The notes beneath the pieces were generated by a model. The model saw only the letters and a program-made list of their open reading frames with translations. It made no database searches and was not told where the DNA came from. From positions 1 through 56,445 of the forward strand of contig MEDY01000178.1 in the NCBI GenBank assembly GCA_001724265.1: a stretch of DNA of 56,445 nucleotides. The letters run 5' to 3'. Each line of letters starts with the position of its first letter. Within the stretch, counting starts at the first letter, position 1. Made by a program: the position numbers and the translations under genes. This DNA comes from Rhizaria sp. SCN 62-66 (taxonomy: Eukaryota). This document shows, piece after piece, positions 11,779-22,168 of the stretch.

Positions 11779-14700
11779 TTGCTCCCAGTGAGGCTGCTTA
11801 CGGGCAGACGCAGAGTTGACAGCAGCCGAATTGACGCTCGTGTTGCTGCTGCTCGGCGCAGCGGCGGCTTCAGTAGCTGCTGTTGCCGCGGCAGCGGCTG
11901 CAGCGGCGGCGGCGACCTCGGCGAGCCTTGCCTCGACCAACTTGCGGCGCTGCACGTGCCTCAACTCGAGCGGGGAGCCGACGTAGCTTGCATCATTAGA
12001 GCCAGCGTTAGAGCTAAAGCTAGAGCTAGAGCTCAATGACTGCAACTGAGACTGCGCCTGGGCCAGGGAAAGCAGCGACTGCGAGCTAGTCAGAGAGCGC
12101 TTAGATCCGGAGGCGCTGAGCGTGTAGTTGCCCAACGGCAACCCACTTACATTGCCGGCGTTGCCGCTGTGTAAGTAGGCGGCCGAAGCAGACGCCTTAA
12201 GCAGCTGCTGCTGCTGTTGCTGCTGCCTCTGGCTAAACTGTCCCTGCGCAAGCTGCTGCTCTTGCTCTTGCAACTGAGGCTGGGGAGGCTTCGGCTTGAG
12301 CTTGCTCCCGCCGCCCGCGCCGCCGCTGCCAGCGCTGTTGATACTGCCGCTGCCGCTGCCAGAGCCCGCGCCCGCGGCGGTGCTAGCCGGGGGCAGCGGG
12401 GCGAGGCGCGCGGCGGCGGCGAGGTCGAGCCGAGCGCGCTCGGCTAGCGCGGCCATCTGCGCCAACAGCTCGCAGGGGTCCGCGCCGAACAGCGCGTTGT
12501 GCTGCGGCGGCGACTGCGCCGGCTGCGGCTGCTGCTGCTGGGTGGTGTTGCTGTTGTTGTTACTGCCCGCGTTAGCAGTGGCGGTGGCGGCGGCAGCGGC
12601 GGCGGAGATGCGGGCAAACACATCGCTCACACTCACGTTGCCGGTCTCAGCATTAGCACGCGTGTTTGCGCTAGCGTTCGCATTGGTGGTGTTGTTGTTG
12701 CTGTTATTGTTATTGCTGTCGCCGAAGCTGGAGCTGGCGGCAGCGGAGGCGGCGGCGGCGACGGCCGCGATGTCATCGAGGGAGACAGGCACCGGCGCCG
12801 CGGTCCACGACGGCAGACGCCAGTCGTCCTGCTGCTGCAACTGCGCAGAGCCCGTTTGCTGCTGTTGCTGCTGCTCAGTGGCGGCACTCTGCATGGGCTT
12901 CGCAGTCGCGGCGCCGGCGTTCGGCGGGGTTGCGAAGCTGGCCGTCTTAATCTTGCCATGCGCAGAGCTACTGCTGCTGCTAGAGCTCGAGCTGTTGTTC
13001 GCGCCATAAGCGTTGTTGTTTGAGAGGTACTGCGCGGCAAAGATGGCGGCCCACTGCAGCTCCCACACCTTGGCCTCGCCGCCGACCCAGTCGTCGAGCC
13101 ACTCGCTCCCACTGCTAGCGTTCGGAGCACTCGCCGCGCTCTCGCTGGGGGCGCTCGCCGCGGTCACGCCGCTAGAGGAGCTGCCCGCGTTCGGATTTGC
13201 CTGAGTGTTAGCATGAGCGTTTGCATTAGTGTTTGCACTGGCAGTGTTGTTGGCAGTCTCGGCGTCAACCTCGGCCTGAGGCTCGGCAGCCACGTCAGTC
13301 TCAGCGTCACTCTGCTGTTGCTGTTGTTGCTGCTGCTTTTGTTGCGGCTAAGGCTGCTGCTTTGCCGGGGACGGCGGCAACAGCGGGCACGGAACTGCGT
13401 TGGTCGCGTTGACGGCCAGAGCGGGCTGCAGCAGCGCCTGGTAGTACGACAACGACGACAACTGACCCTGTTGGCCCTGCGACTGCTGCTGCTGCTGCTG
13501 AGCGTTGGTGATTGCACTCGCACTAGACGCGTTAGCGTTGTGGTTGTTGTTGTTGCTTTGCTGGAACTCTTGCCAGCGCTGCAGAGCGCGAGCAGTGCTC
13601 AAGACGCCTACTGCGGCGTTACTAGCATTCGCACTCGCACTGTTGTCGCCTGAACCAGTCACTGACTGCTGCTGCTGCTGCTGCTGCTGCTGGTTGTGGT
13701 TGTTACTGCTGTTGCTGTTGTTGCCGCTGTTTGTGCTCGTGCTGCTCGCCGTGGTGATGACGGCCGCCGCGGCCAGGAGCGCGACCCGTTTCAGCACCGC
13801 GTCCAAAGTTAAGCCGTCGCCCTGCTCACAGTCGCCGCCCTGCTGTCCACAGTCATCGGTGCTAGAGCTAGAGCGGTTGTCGCCATCAACTTTTCCGCTG
13901 CCCTTGGCCGCGCTGCCGTTGGTCGGGGGCGGCGGCGGGGGCAGTGGACACAGAGAGAGCTGCAGTTGCTGCTGCTGTCCGCGCTGCTGCTGCTGTGCGG
14001 TGGAGCTGGTGCCGTTGCGCTGCAGCTGCGGCTGCGCGTGGAGATTCGCCTGCGAGCCGAAGCTGCGGCTCAGGCTCATATCGCCAGCATTGCCATTGCC
14101 ATCGCCGTTGCCGTCGCCGTCGTCGGTGTCGGCGTGGGTCGCGGCGTAGACGTCGTTGCCTTCGCCGTTGTCGCTGTCATCGCCGTCGCCAACATTCGCA
14201 CTCCTTTGCTGCTGTTTACTGGCCTGGCCGGCGTCATGCGTGTTGGCGGTAGGGTGCGAAGCCAAGGGCACACCCATTTTATCGGTCCTGGTGCGCGAGC
14301 GTGTCTCTTTCTTCTGCGCGCGCGTCACCATCACGTTCTCGTAGCCCAGCACGGCCGCCTTACGGGGCACAATGAAGCCTACAAAGACGGAACATCGCAA
14401 AAATGGCCAAGAGCATGAATATCATAAAAGAGCGGAGGCGTGAGTTATGAATCCACAAGCATCATATACAGAGGTATTAAATACAAACATGATATGAACG
14501 ATAAACACAGTATTGCATGTTTCGCGAGCTCTTACGAGTTATGTTCAACTTGACGTGTTTTGCTCAGACTTTGCAACGTACCTGGGATGGCGCCCGCGCG
14601 CGCCGAGTCGGCGGCCGCCAGCAGGGCCAGCGCGCTCGCGCCGCTGCCGCCGGAGCCGCCAGAGCCCGCGCTCGCGGTGGCGCCGACGTTCGCGCCGCCC

Positions 14701-14902
14701 TGGGGGCCGTGACCGTGGCTGTGGCCGTAGAGCGTCGCGGTCGATGGCGACATAGCGAGTTTGGCGCTCGAGATCGAGCTCGTCAGCGGGTGGTAAAACC
14801 GCGGGTCCTCCGGGTGCGTAACTCGGTTGTCGAAGTTCCACTCAGACGCCGCGCCTGCGCCCGCCGCGCTAGGGCCAGAGCCGCTGCTGACAGTGGCGCC
14901 GG

Positions 14903-14939
<37 letters not shown>

Positions 14940-15251
14940 GATGGAGGCACCGCGGCGCGGGGGCGGGGGTCCGGCCGAGACAGGCACGGACGGCGCGAGA
15001 TAGAGGTGCAGCGCGGCGGTGGAGGCGGAAGACGCGGAGCCGTCGTTGTAGTGCGCGCGCGTCGCCCCCGCAGCGCCGCCGCCGCCGCTGCTGGTGCCGG
15101 CGGGCTGGGAGAGCGGCGGCAGGAACGCCGGCGGCGGATGCTGCGGGCGCAGGTGCGAGGCCGAGGCGCCCGCGGGGGGCTGCGGGCGACCCGGGGGGCT
15201 GTTGTCGCGGCGCAGCTTGAGCTTGGGGCCCTTGCCGGAGGAGATGATCAT
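7340..15251 (-). CDS. Very large low-complexity protein of unknown function (~2503 aa, 3 exons) containing one in-frame TAG
   Basis: Exons 15251-14582, 14378-9733, 9535-7340 with GTACGT..TAG (phase 1) and GTGCGT..CAG (phase 0) introns. Exon 2 stays in frame end to end across a single TAG at 13350-13348. The model joins four ORF-track entries. Stop TAA. Confidence 0.7.
8545..9030 (-). repeat. Coding Ala/Lys/Glu/Asp-rich repeat (AKAEA/AKADA units), predicted long alpha helix
   Basis: Translation ...ADAKIKADAEANSKAKAEAEAA...AKAEADAQAKAEADAEANAKAEADAKAAADAEAEVQAKAKAAAEAEAKAAAEAESEAAAKTKAKADADAKAKADADAK... Confidence 0.8.
13348..13350 (-). other. In-frame TAG codon inside an exon (candidate sense codon)
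   Basis: AAG CAG CAG CCT TAG CCG CAA CAA AAG CAG = KQQP*PQQKQ. ORFs 13348..14400 and 9670..13293 share the same frame. Confidence 0.75.
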
Positions 15252-15787
15252 GCGCAGAACGGGACTTGAAGCGCGGCGGGTGCGGGATGCGGCGGGAAAG
15301 GGCGGGGAGACGGGCCGCTGGGGATAGTGTTGCTGCGAGTAGAAAACAAGGGCTACAGCTGCAGGAAAACCGTCACTGCAAAAGAAAAGAATTGTTTCAA
15401 ATAATTCAAAACACGATTGTAAGAATACCGCCATTAACATTTAAACAGAGATTTGATGAACGAGATAATCTTATTCTCGGGATGATGGCCAGGTGCACAA
15501 GACGACCGTTATTTTTCTCGGCCGACCTCCAGACCACCGCCTCAGTCGCGAGGCTTAAGTTGTACAGACTCTCATGCCTTATATTGACCGATAATGTTGC
15601 ATTTGCAACAACTGCGCAAAAGAAGGATGCAAAATATCATATATAATTTTTACTCATACCGACCGTGCTCGCCTTTCCTTGTCAACTCTTCCTTGCAGTC
15701 TTTCTCTCGCCACACGCTCGTCCCCCATCAGCCCTGTCCCCGCGCCCGCTCAGTGCCCGCTTCCCCGCACGCGCGCCCGCCCGCTCC
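15252..15787. promoter_or_regulatory. Short divergent (head-to-head) intergenic region, probable bidirectional promoter
   Basis: Only 536 bp separate two oppositely oriented start codons. The core is AT-rich, with acceptor-like YAG tracts on each side. Confidence 0.45.
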
Positions 15788-18499
15788 ATGTCTTCCTCAT
15801 CTACGAGCGGCCCTTCCGTGCGTGCGCTGATTGTGCTGGACCCGAGCACGCAGGCCTCGGCCGTGCTGCGCGTCTACCCCCCGTCCGCCACCTTCAACCC
15901 AGCCTCGAGCAGCACCAGCAACATCAACGCCAGCGCCGCGGGCGCCAACGGCAATGCGCTTGTGCCCGTCTCGGGCGCCGGCGCGGCGGCGGGCGGCGGC
16001 GGCAGCCCCGGCGGCGCGGGCGCAGGCCTGCTCGCCTCCGTGCCCTCCAAGGCAACCAACGCTTCCGCGGCCGCCGGCTCCGGCTCCAGTCTGCGCCGCC
16101 CCAGCTCGGGCTACGACCCGAACGCCGGCGCTGGCGGCTCCGGCGCGGGCGGGGGCGGGGGCGTGCAGTCGCTGTCATCGCTGTACCAGGCGCAGGCGCA
16201 GTGGGAGGCCACCGTGCGCGCATCACGGTTCACCAACAGCGCTAACAACAGCAACAGCTCTAGCAACGGCAACCATGGCACCACGAGTTCAAGCCCTGTC
16301 GGCCCGAACAGCGGCAATGGCGCTGTCGGAAGGCTCACTGCGTATCCCAACGTCCAGCCCCCGACTGCCGCGATGAATCCAACAAACGCAACCAACGGTG
16401 GCGGCGGCGGCGGCGGCGGCGGGGCGGTTGCAACTGTGACGGCCTCATCTGCCGCAGCTGTCGCGGCCGCTGCGAACAACGTCTACCGGGCCGACGCGGC
16501 TGCTCTTGCACACGCGTACGGCATCGACACCGCCTCCGCCACACAGCAACAACAGCTGCAGCTGGCCTATGACAACAACAACAGCAGCAGCAGCGGTGGC
16601 AGCATTGACCCTACCGAGAGCAGCAGCAGCCACGCTAGCGACGGTCCCGACGACTTGCGCGCGCTGCTGCAGTCCGAGAAGCTCTCCTACCAGCGCTCGC
16701 GCGTACAGGCGGCCTCTGCCTCGCTGTCCGCGGCCGAGGCATCGCTGACGGCGCGCCGCGTGGCGCTCGCCAGGGCTGAGGCCGCGGCCGCGGACGCGGC
16801 GGCGCGCGCGCAGGCCGACGCCGAGGCCGCGGCGGAGCGCGCTCGGCTCGGCGCCGAGGGGCCTGTCGCCGTCATCGTCGACCGCAGGCGGCCTAACTTC
16901 GGGCACGGCGGCGCGGCGCACGGCCACGGGCACGGGTACTACGGGCCTCAAGCAGCTGTCGGCCCGGCCGGTCAAAGTAACGGCTATGACCTGAATAGCG
17001 GTTACTACAACTACAACAACAGCAGCAGTAGTAACGCTCCTCAGTACTATAACAACCCCGACTACGCGGCTAACAGCTACCAGAGCGGGGACCACCGGTA
17101 CTTCACTAGTGGTAGTCACGGCGGCCACAGCGACTACGTTGCGGCCGCGCTTGTGGCGAGCCAGGGCGGCATGGGCACTTACACCGTCAGCCCCTTACAT
17201 CCCTTGAACGACCCCTTACAGGCCGCGAACCGCACGTACACGCTCGGCGCTGCGCCCCCACTTACATCTGCGCCAACCACTTACCCTGGCACTGGCGCGA
17301 ACTACGGCAACAACAACGCCAACAGCGCTGCCTCTAGCTCTAGCTCTAACTCGAGTCACATCAGTGGCAGCAACGCCAGTGCCAGCGCCGCGGCCGCCGC
17401 ACTGCCTCTGCCGCGGCCGCTGCAGCTGTCGGCGCTGTCCTCTGCCTTCGCGGCGACGCAGGAGGCGGTGATTCTCGCCGACGCCGCCGCGCCACCCGCG
17501 CTGCGCGCCACGGGCCACGCACGCGCCGCCCCGACCGCGGCCGCCTACGCCTCCGCCAGCCACCACAGCCTCGTCCCCGCCGGCGCCAGCGCCAGCGCCA
17601 GCGCCAGCGCCAGCGCCAGCGCCAGCGCCAGTGGCAGCGCAGGTGCCAATAGCAATGGCAGCAGCAGCAGCAGCGGCAACGGCAACGGCGCTGTTATGGT
17701 AGGGAACGGCAACGGCGGCAGCTTAGTCGCGAGTGCGAGCGCGAGTGCGTTATCAGGCTCTAGCTCTGGCTCTGGCTCTAATCTCGGCTCTGTGGTCGCC
17801 GCGACCGGCGCTGGCGCTGGCGCTGGCAATAGCGTCAGTGGGCCGATGCAGTGGCAGTGGCAGGGGCGCGGGCAACAGAGCTTCACCAGCGTTAACAACG
17901 GAGCTACTTACACCGGTGTAAGTAGTCCTGGAATGTACTCTGCTGCCCCTGTCCCTGCGAGCAGCAACGCCAGCAGTGATTTCTACTGGCTGCAATCGCA
18001 GACTCAACCTCAGCTGCATTCGCATTCGCAGCTCCAAGTCCAGTCGCACCCACAGGGCTCTGGCGATGTCTACTCGCAAAACACGTACAGTAACAACGGC
18101 CACGGCAGCGGCAACGGCAACGGCGGCGCTTACCCTGTCAGCGGCACCGATTACAGTGTGGGGAACAAGGCCTACGGCTCCGGCTACGCTGTCAATGGCA
18201 ACGGCAACTACACTGGCGGCGATAGCTCTATGGGTGTTTATAATAGCGCCAACAGCTTCGGAGGCTATAATCATTACCCGCAGCAGCAGCAACAGCAACA
18301 ACAACAGCAGCAGCAGTATTACGCCAACAGCAGCAATGGCTATGGCGGCAGTACTGGCGGCTACGGCTCTCACCCCACCAGCTACGGCAACTACACCAGC
18401 GGTGCTGGCTATGGCGCCGGTAGCAACGCCGGCTACGGCAGCGGGGGCTCGGTCACTGCCGCCGCTGGGGGCCGCGTTGTCGGCCTGCGCTACCATTAA
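15788..18499 (+). CDS. Intronless low-complexity protein (~903 aa) with a short central coiled coil and a Gly/Tyr/Asn/Ser/Gln-rich prion-like C-terminus
   Basis: Long ORF with first ATG at 15788 (MSSSSTSGPSVRALIVLDP) and GC-rich coding-like codon usage. Stop TAA. No recognisable catalytic motif. Confidence 0.75.
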   Translation: MSSSSTSGPSVRALIVLDPSTQASAVLRVYPPSATFNPASSSTSNINASAAGANGNALVPVSGAGAAAGGGGSPGGAGAGLLASVPSKATNASAAAGSGSSLRRPSSGYDPNAGAGGSGAGGGGGVQSLSSLYQAQAQWEATVRASRFTNSANNSNSSSNGNHGTTSSSPVGPNSGNGAVGRLTAYPNVQPPTAAMNPTNATNGGGGGGGGGAVATVTASSAAAVAAAANNVYRADAAALAHAYGIDTASATQQQQLQLAYDNNNSSSSGGSIDPTESSSSHASDGPDDLRALLQSEKLSYQRSRVQAASASLSAAEASLTARRVALARAEAAAADAAARAQADAEAAAERARLGAEGPVAVIVDRRRPNFGHGGAAHGHGHGYYGPQAAVGPAGQSNGYDLNSGYYNYNNSSSSNAPQYYNNPDYAANSYQSGDHRYFTSGSHGGHSDYVAAALVASQGGMGTYTVSPLHPLNDPLQAANRTYTLGAAPPLTSAPTTYPGTGANYGNNNANSAASSSSSNSSHISGSNASASAAAAALPLPRPLQLSALSSAFAATQEAVILADAAAPPALRATGHARAAPTAAAYASASHHSLVPAGASASASASASASASASGSAGANSNGSSSSSGNGNGAVMVGNGNGGSLVASASASALSGSSSGSGSNLGSVVAATGAGAGAGNSVSGPMQWQWQGRGQQSFTSVNNGATYTGVSSPGMYSAAPVPASSNASSDFYWLQSQTQPQLHSHSQLQVQSHPQGSGDVYSQNTYSNNGHGSGNGNGGAYPVSGTDYSVGNKAYGSGYAVNGNGNYTGGDSSMGVYNSANSFGGYNHYPQQQQQQQQQQQQYYANSSNGYGGSTGGYGSHPTSYGNYTSGAGYGAGSNAGYGSGGSVTAAAGGRVVGLRYH
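17585..17632 (+). repeat. (GCCAGC)7-8 hexanucleotide repeat encoding (Ala-Ser)n
   Basis: Seven perfect GCCAGC units followed by GCCAGT. Confidence 0.9.
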
Positions 18500-18963
18500 G
18501 CGCATTGGCGCGCTTTAAAGAACAATATGAGTCAAGCGCTGTTGTCGACATCGTTATCACTTCTACTTTTTAGTTACATAGCTCACGTTTCACCTTTTCA
18601 TGAAAGTAACACAAATCAATACATCAATCAGTTTTGCTAACGTGTTAGTTCTATTTGTGCAATAATTATCAAAATCAATCAGTGTCATATCACACAAACT
18701 ATCTCGCGCAGACGCATCTAAACAATGAATATAAACTCAATCCCTTTCCTTTCGCTGACGCACATCGAGCATGTGCAATCCTTTCTCACGTGCATACATC
18801 TCAACAGATCTCCAATCTATCCATCGATCGATCGATCGAAATAAGACAGAAGTCTGACAGCGACGTGCCCAAGAGGACTGAGTCACGGCCACTGCCTCAC
18901 ACAATCGCTTACTGACAACTGTCTCCCAGTCACCCACTCACTCTTCTGCGGCTCCGCCATGCG

Positions 18964-21141
18964 TCACTCGACGCCGCCGTAAGCTCCGGCAAGGCCGTCG
19001 CAGTCCATCGAGCGCATGCGCCTCTCAGCCAAGTCCCGCGCGCGGCCGGCACGGTAGGCGTCTGCGTCAAAGCCTCCAAAGTAGGGGTGTTTGAGGGCCT
19101 CGTCGGCCGTGATGCGCCGTAGCGGATCCAACGTGAGCATCTGCACCAGCAGGTCCACGCCCTCGGACGGCAACGAGGGCACGAAGTGGCCCAAGGGCTT
19201 GCCTGGTTGGCGAGGCACGAGAGGCGAGAGACGAGAGAGCAAAGGAAACACAATCGTGTGGCATTTAGGTGTTATTGTGGTGAGCAAGTGAGTGATATAC
19301 ATCGCGTTTCTCAACATTGGATCAACATAAACAATCAAAAAATGAGATTACAATTGAATAAAGCGTGGTAGTCAGGTACCTGGGCCGTGCTCAACGATCT
19401 TGATGTAGATGCTCGCCAGCGGCAGCGCCGAAAAGCCGGGCCAGTTAGCCTCGGTGGGCGCGCCGACGATGGAGAAGATCTTCTTCACGACTTCCATCTC
19501 GGTCTGCGCGGCGAATATGATCTCGCGGGAGATGAACTCGGCGAACACGGCCCCCGCGCCCCAGACGTCCGAGGGATACGAGTACTGCTCCGAGCCCAGC
19601 ATGACCTCGGGCGCGCGGTACAGCGCCGTACACCGGCGCGCTGTAATCGGCCGTGCCGACTGCTCCACGGGCCGCGACATGCCGAAGTCGGCGAGCTTGA
19701 GCGTGAACGAGTCGAGGAACAGGAGGCAGTTGGAGGGCTTGAGATCGCGGTGCAGCAGCCCGTTAGCGTGGAGACAGGCCAAGCCGCTCAGCATGTCGTG
19801 CAGAAACAGCTATAGACATACACAGAGAGCATAGAGCGTAGAGGCACACACAGGGGCAGACGCATGCAAAATAGAAAACACACAATGGGGTGTTTTGAAA
19901 TAGAAAATGAGTACATTCAGTGTGTCATTGTTGTCGAGTTTACGGAGTAATGTTGGGCGTTGAACAGAAGCGGTAGCGTAATACGCAAGTAATTGATAAA
20001 ATAATTACGGCAGAAAGAATGATAGATATGCTTTGCGATTCATTCCATTCTCTTACGCCTCGTGGTCACAGGAGCAGACCGTACCTTGCAGTCCGCTTCG
20101 GTGAAGGGGTACTTTTTGATCGCGTCGGTCATGGTGTGGTTCGCGAGCTCAAGCACGATGTTCAGCGACTTGGCGCCAGCGGACCTGGCGGCCTGGCACT
20201 CGACGTCTGTCCGCGGCTGACTCCAGAACGTGTCGAGATACCTACACAGGAACAAAACAGAATATAACAGCGTCACACATGTTAGCCCGTCGATCAAGCA
20301 CGCAATTACTTGTAACCGCAGCACAGCAAAGGGACACACAAAAACCCACACAGCTTGTACAAAGTTACATCGACAAGAAACATCGCAATTTTAGGAGTCT
20401 GCAATGGTACATAACGTTTGCAATGATATAATCGTAGTATGAGACTTACTTGACAATGTTTGGATGGTCCAGCGTTCTGAGGACCGAGATTTCCCTCAAT
20501 GCGTCGTTTTGCGTGCAGTAGTCCATGGCGATGTCGAGTCGCTTGATGGCAACGGAGCGCACGACGTGCGTTGTGCAGTGCGTGCTGATCGCTGAGGACA
20601 CATGGCCGTACGCGCCGCGGCCGATAGGGCTCTCGGCCTCGTACCTGAACTCGCTCACACGTGGCCATTGCCACTGCGCCTGCGCCTGCGCCCGCGCGTG
20701 GAGATGCTGCACCGGGGCCGGGGCCGGGGCCGGGACCGGGGCCGGAGCGGGGGCCGGAGCGGGGGCATGGGCGGGGGTGAAGTCGCGGCTGCCGGCGGCC
20801 GTGGCCGTGACAGCTGTGATCGAAGCGGCGGCGCTCACATCGCAAGCCTCGCCCGAGTCGGCGCTGCCGCTGCTGCTGGGGGGCTGGCCATCGGAGACGC
20901 GGCGGGAGCGCTTAACGCGAGGGTCAGCGGTGCTGTCGTCGTCGTGGGTTTGACCATTGCTGCTGCTGTTGGGCTCTCCCGTGGCAGCGGCGTCGGTGGG
21001 GCGGGAGGACGGAGGGGCGTTCGCGATGTTGTTGCTCTGATGAGAGGCGAGTGCGCTTGTGTCCTCAGTGTTGACTCGCGGGCCATCCAAAGAGTCGCTT
21101 GCGCAATCTGTGGGCAAGGCGCTGGGGGCCGTGCGCTTCAT
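18964..21141 (-). CDS. CDK-like (CMGC group) Ser/Thr protein kinase, ~505 aa, 4 exons
   Basis: Exons 21141-20450, 20241-20085, 19809-19380, 19202-18964, all phase-consistent. Motifs: IGRGAYGHV, VAIKR, ALREISVLRTLDHPNIV, HRDLKPSN, LADFG, YRAPEVMLG, DVWGAG, MLTLDPLRRITADEALKHPYF. Stop TGA. Confidence 0.92.
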
Positions 21142-22168
21142 TTGAGATCAAACAGTCGTGTCAGACGCTGGGGAAGAGGGGCTTGGTGGCTGAAGGAAAG
21201 GGCGGTGTGGAAAAGGAGGATATGAGAGTTGAAGTATCAATTTTCAAGAATATTAATTATAATAAATGCACAAAAGCACGCTGGAAATCTATATTCCCTT
21301 GGGAATCTTTAGTGTCGGGATCTGCGCGAAGTTTAGTATCGTCCAAATGTCGAGAGATGAGCCGACATCTGTTAGGCGACCCATTGGCAAGCGTTTATCC
21401 CAAAGATTGCCACGGGGTTATCATACATACATGTAAGCAATTGTACCAAATTAAACGGATATGCAAAATTAAAAGTCTAGTTATCCGACGCCAAATTGCA
21501 GTTATCTTTCTGTGGCTTTGACATATTGGCCGGATTCGAGGTCTGGCCGAGTCCGTTGTCAGTCATTGTCTTGTGGCGCTCTTGGGGGACTGCCGGGGTG
21601 TAAGCATATATGACTAACACAAAATGTATCGCTATATGTTATACACTCACAGATTGTATGGTAGACGTTTTATATGGTGCTTTACCATAATTATACGCCC
21701 AATTAGCCGTTTTGTGCGATATGCATGTCATGTGTGCAGGGTGTTGGAGGGAATGCTACGAACAAATCGAGGGGATACACACTCAGGATCGAGACCATAA
21801 GAAAAATATTGCAATGTTGTAATGATAAAATAAGTTGTAAACACAATTAATGTGTATCATGCATGTGAAAGGTAAAATATGGCTTGAAGTACCACCAGAT
21901 ATGGGATACTCTTAACTGACTGAACTTGAAAAAATGTAGCGGACTCGACTCTCATTGGTACTAAAAACGCAAAACGATTCATTTAACTCATGAACGACTG
22001 CCAACGTTGCCCAGTCTTTTGTAAGGAGTGGTTTTGGTTGTGTAGCACTTATTAGGCTGTCGCGAACTGTCCACACACGCTCTGACACACCAAGTTGATG
22101 GCGGCGGACATTGCGTTGGGCGACAAGATGCTTCGATGCCGAGCGCAATGCAGCAAATGTCAATGTGA

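Noticed and set aside
21525-21600. Hairpin GGCCGGA-TTCGAGG-TCTGGCC and a GGGGGACTGC stretch reminiscent of a tRNA T-arm or the U1 snRNA 3' end
   Set aside because: No cloverleaf, no U1 5' ACTTACC and no Sm site could be identified. An Infernal/Rfam search would be needed.
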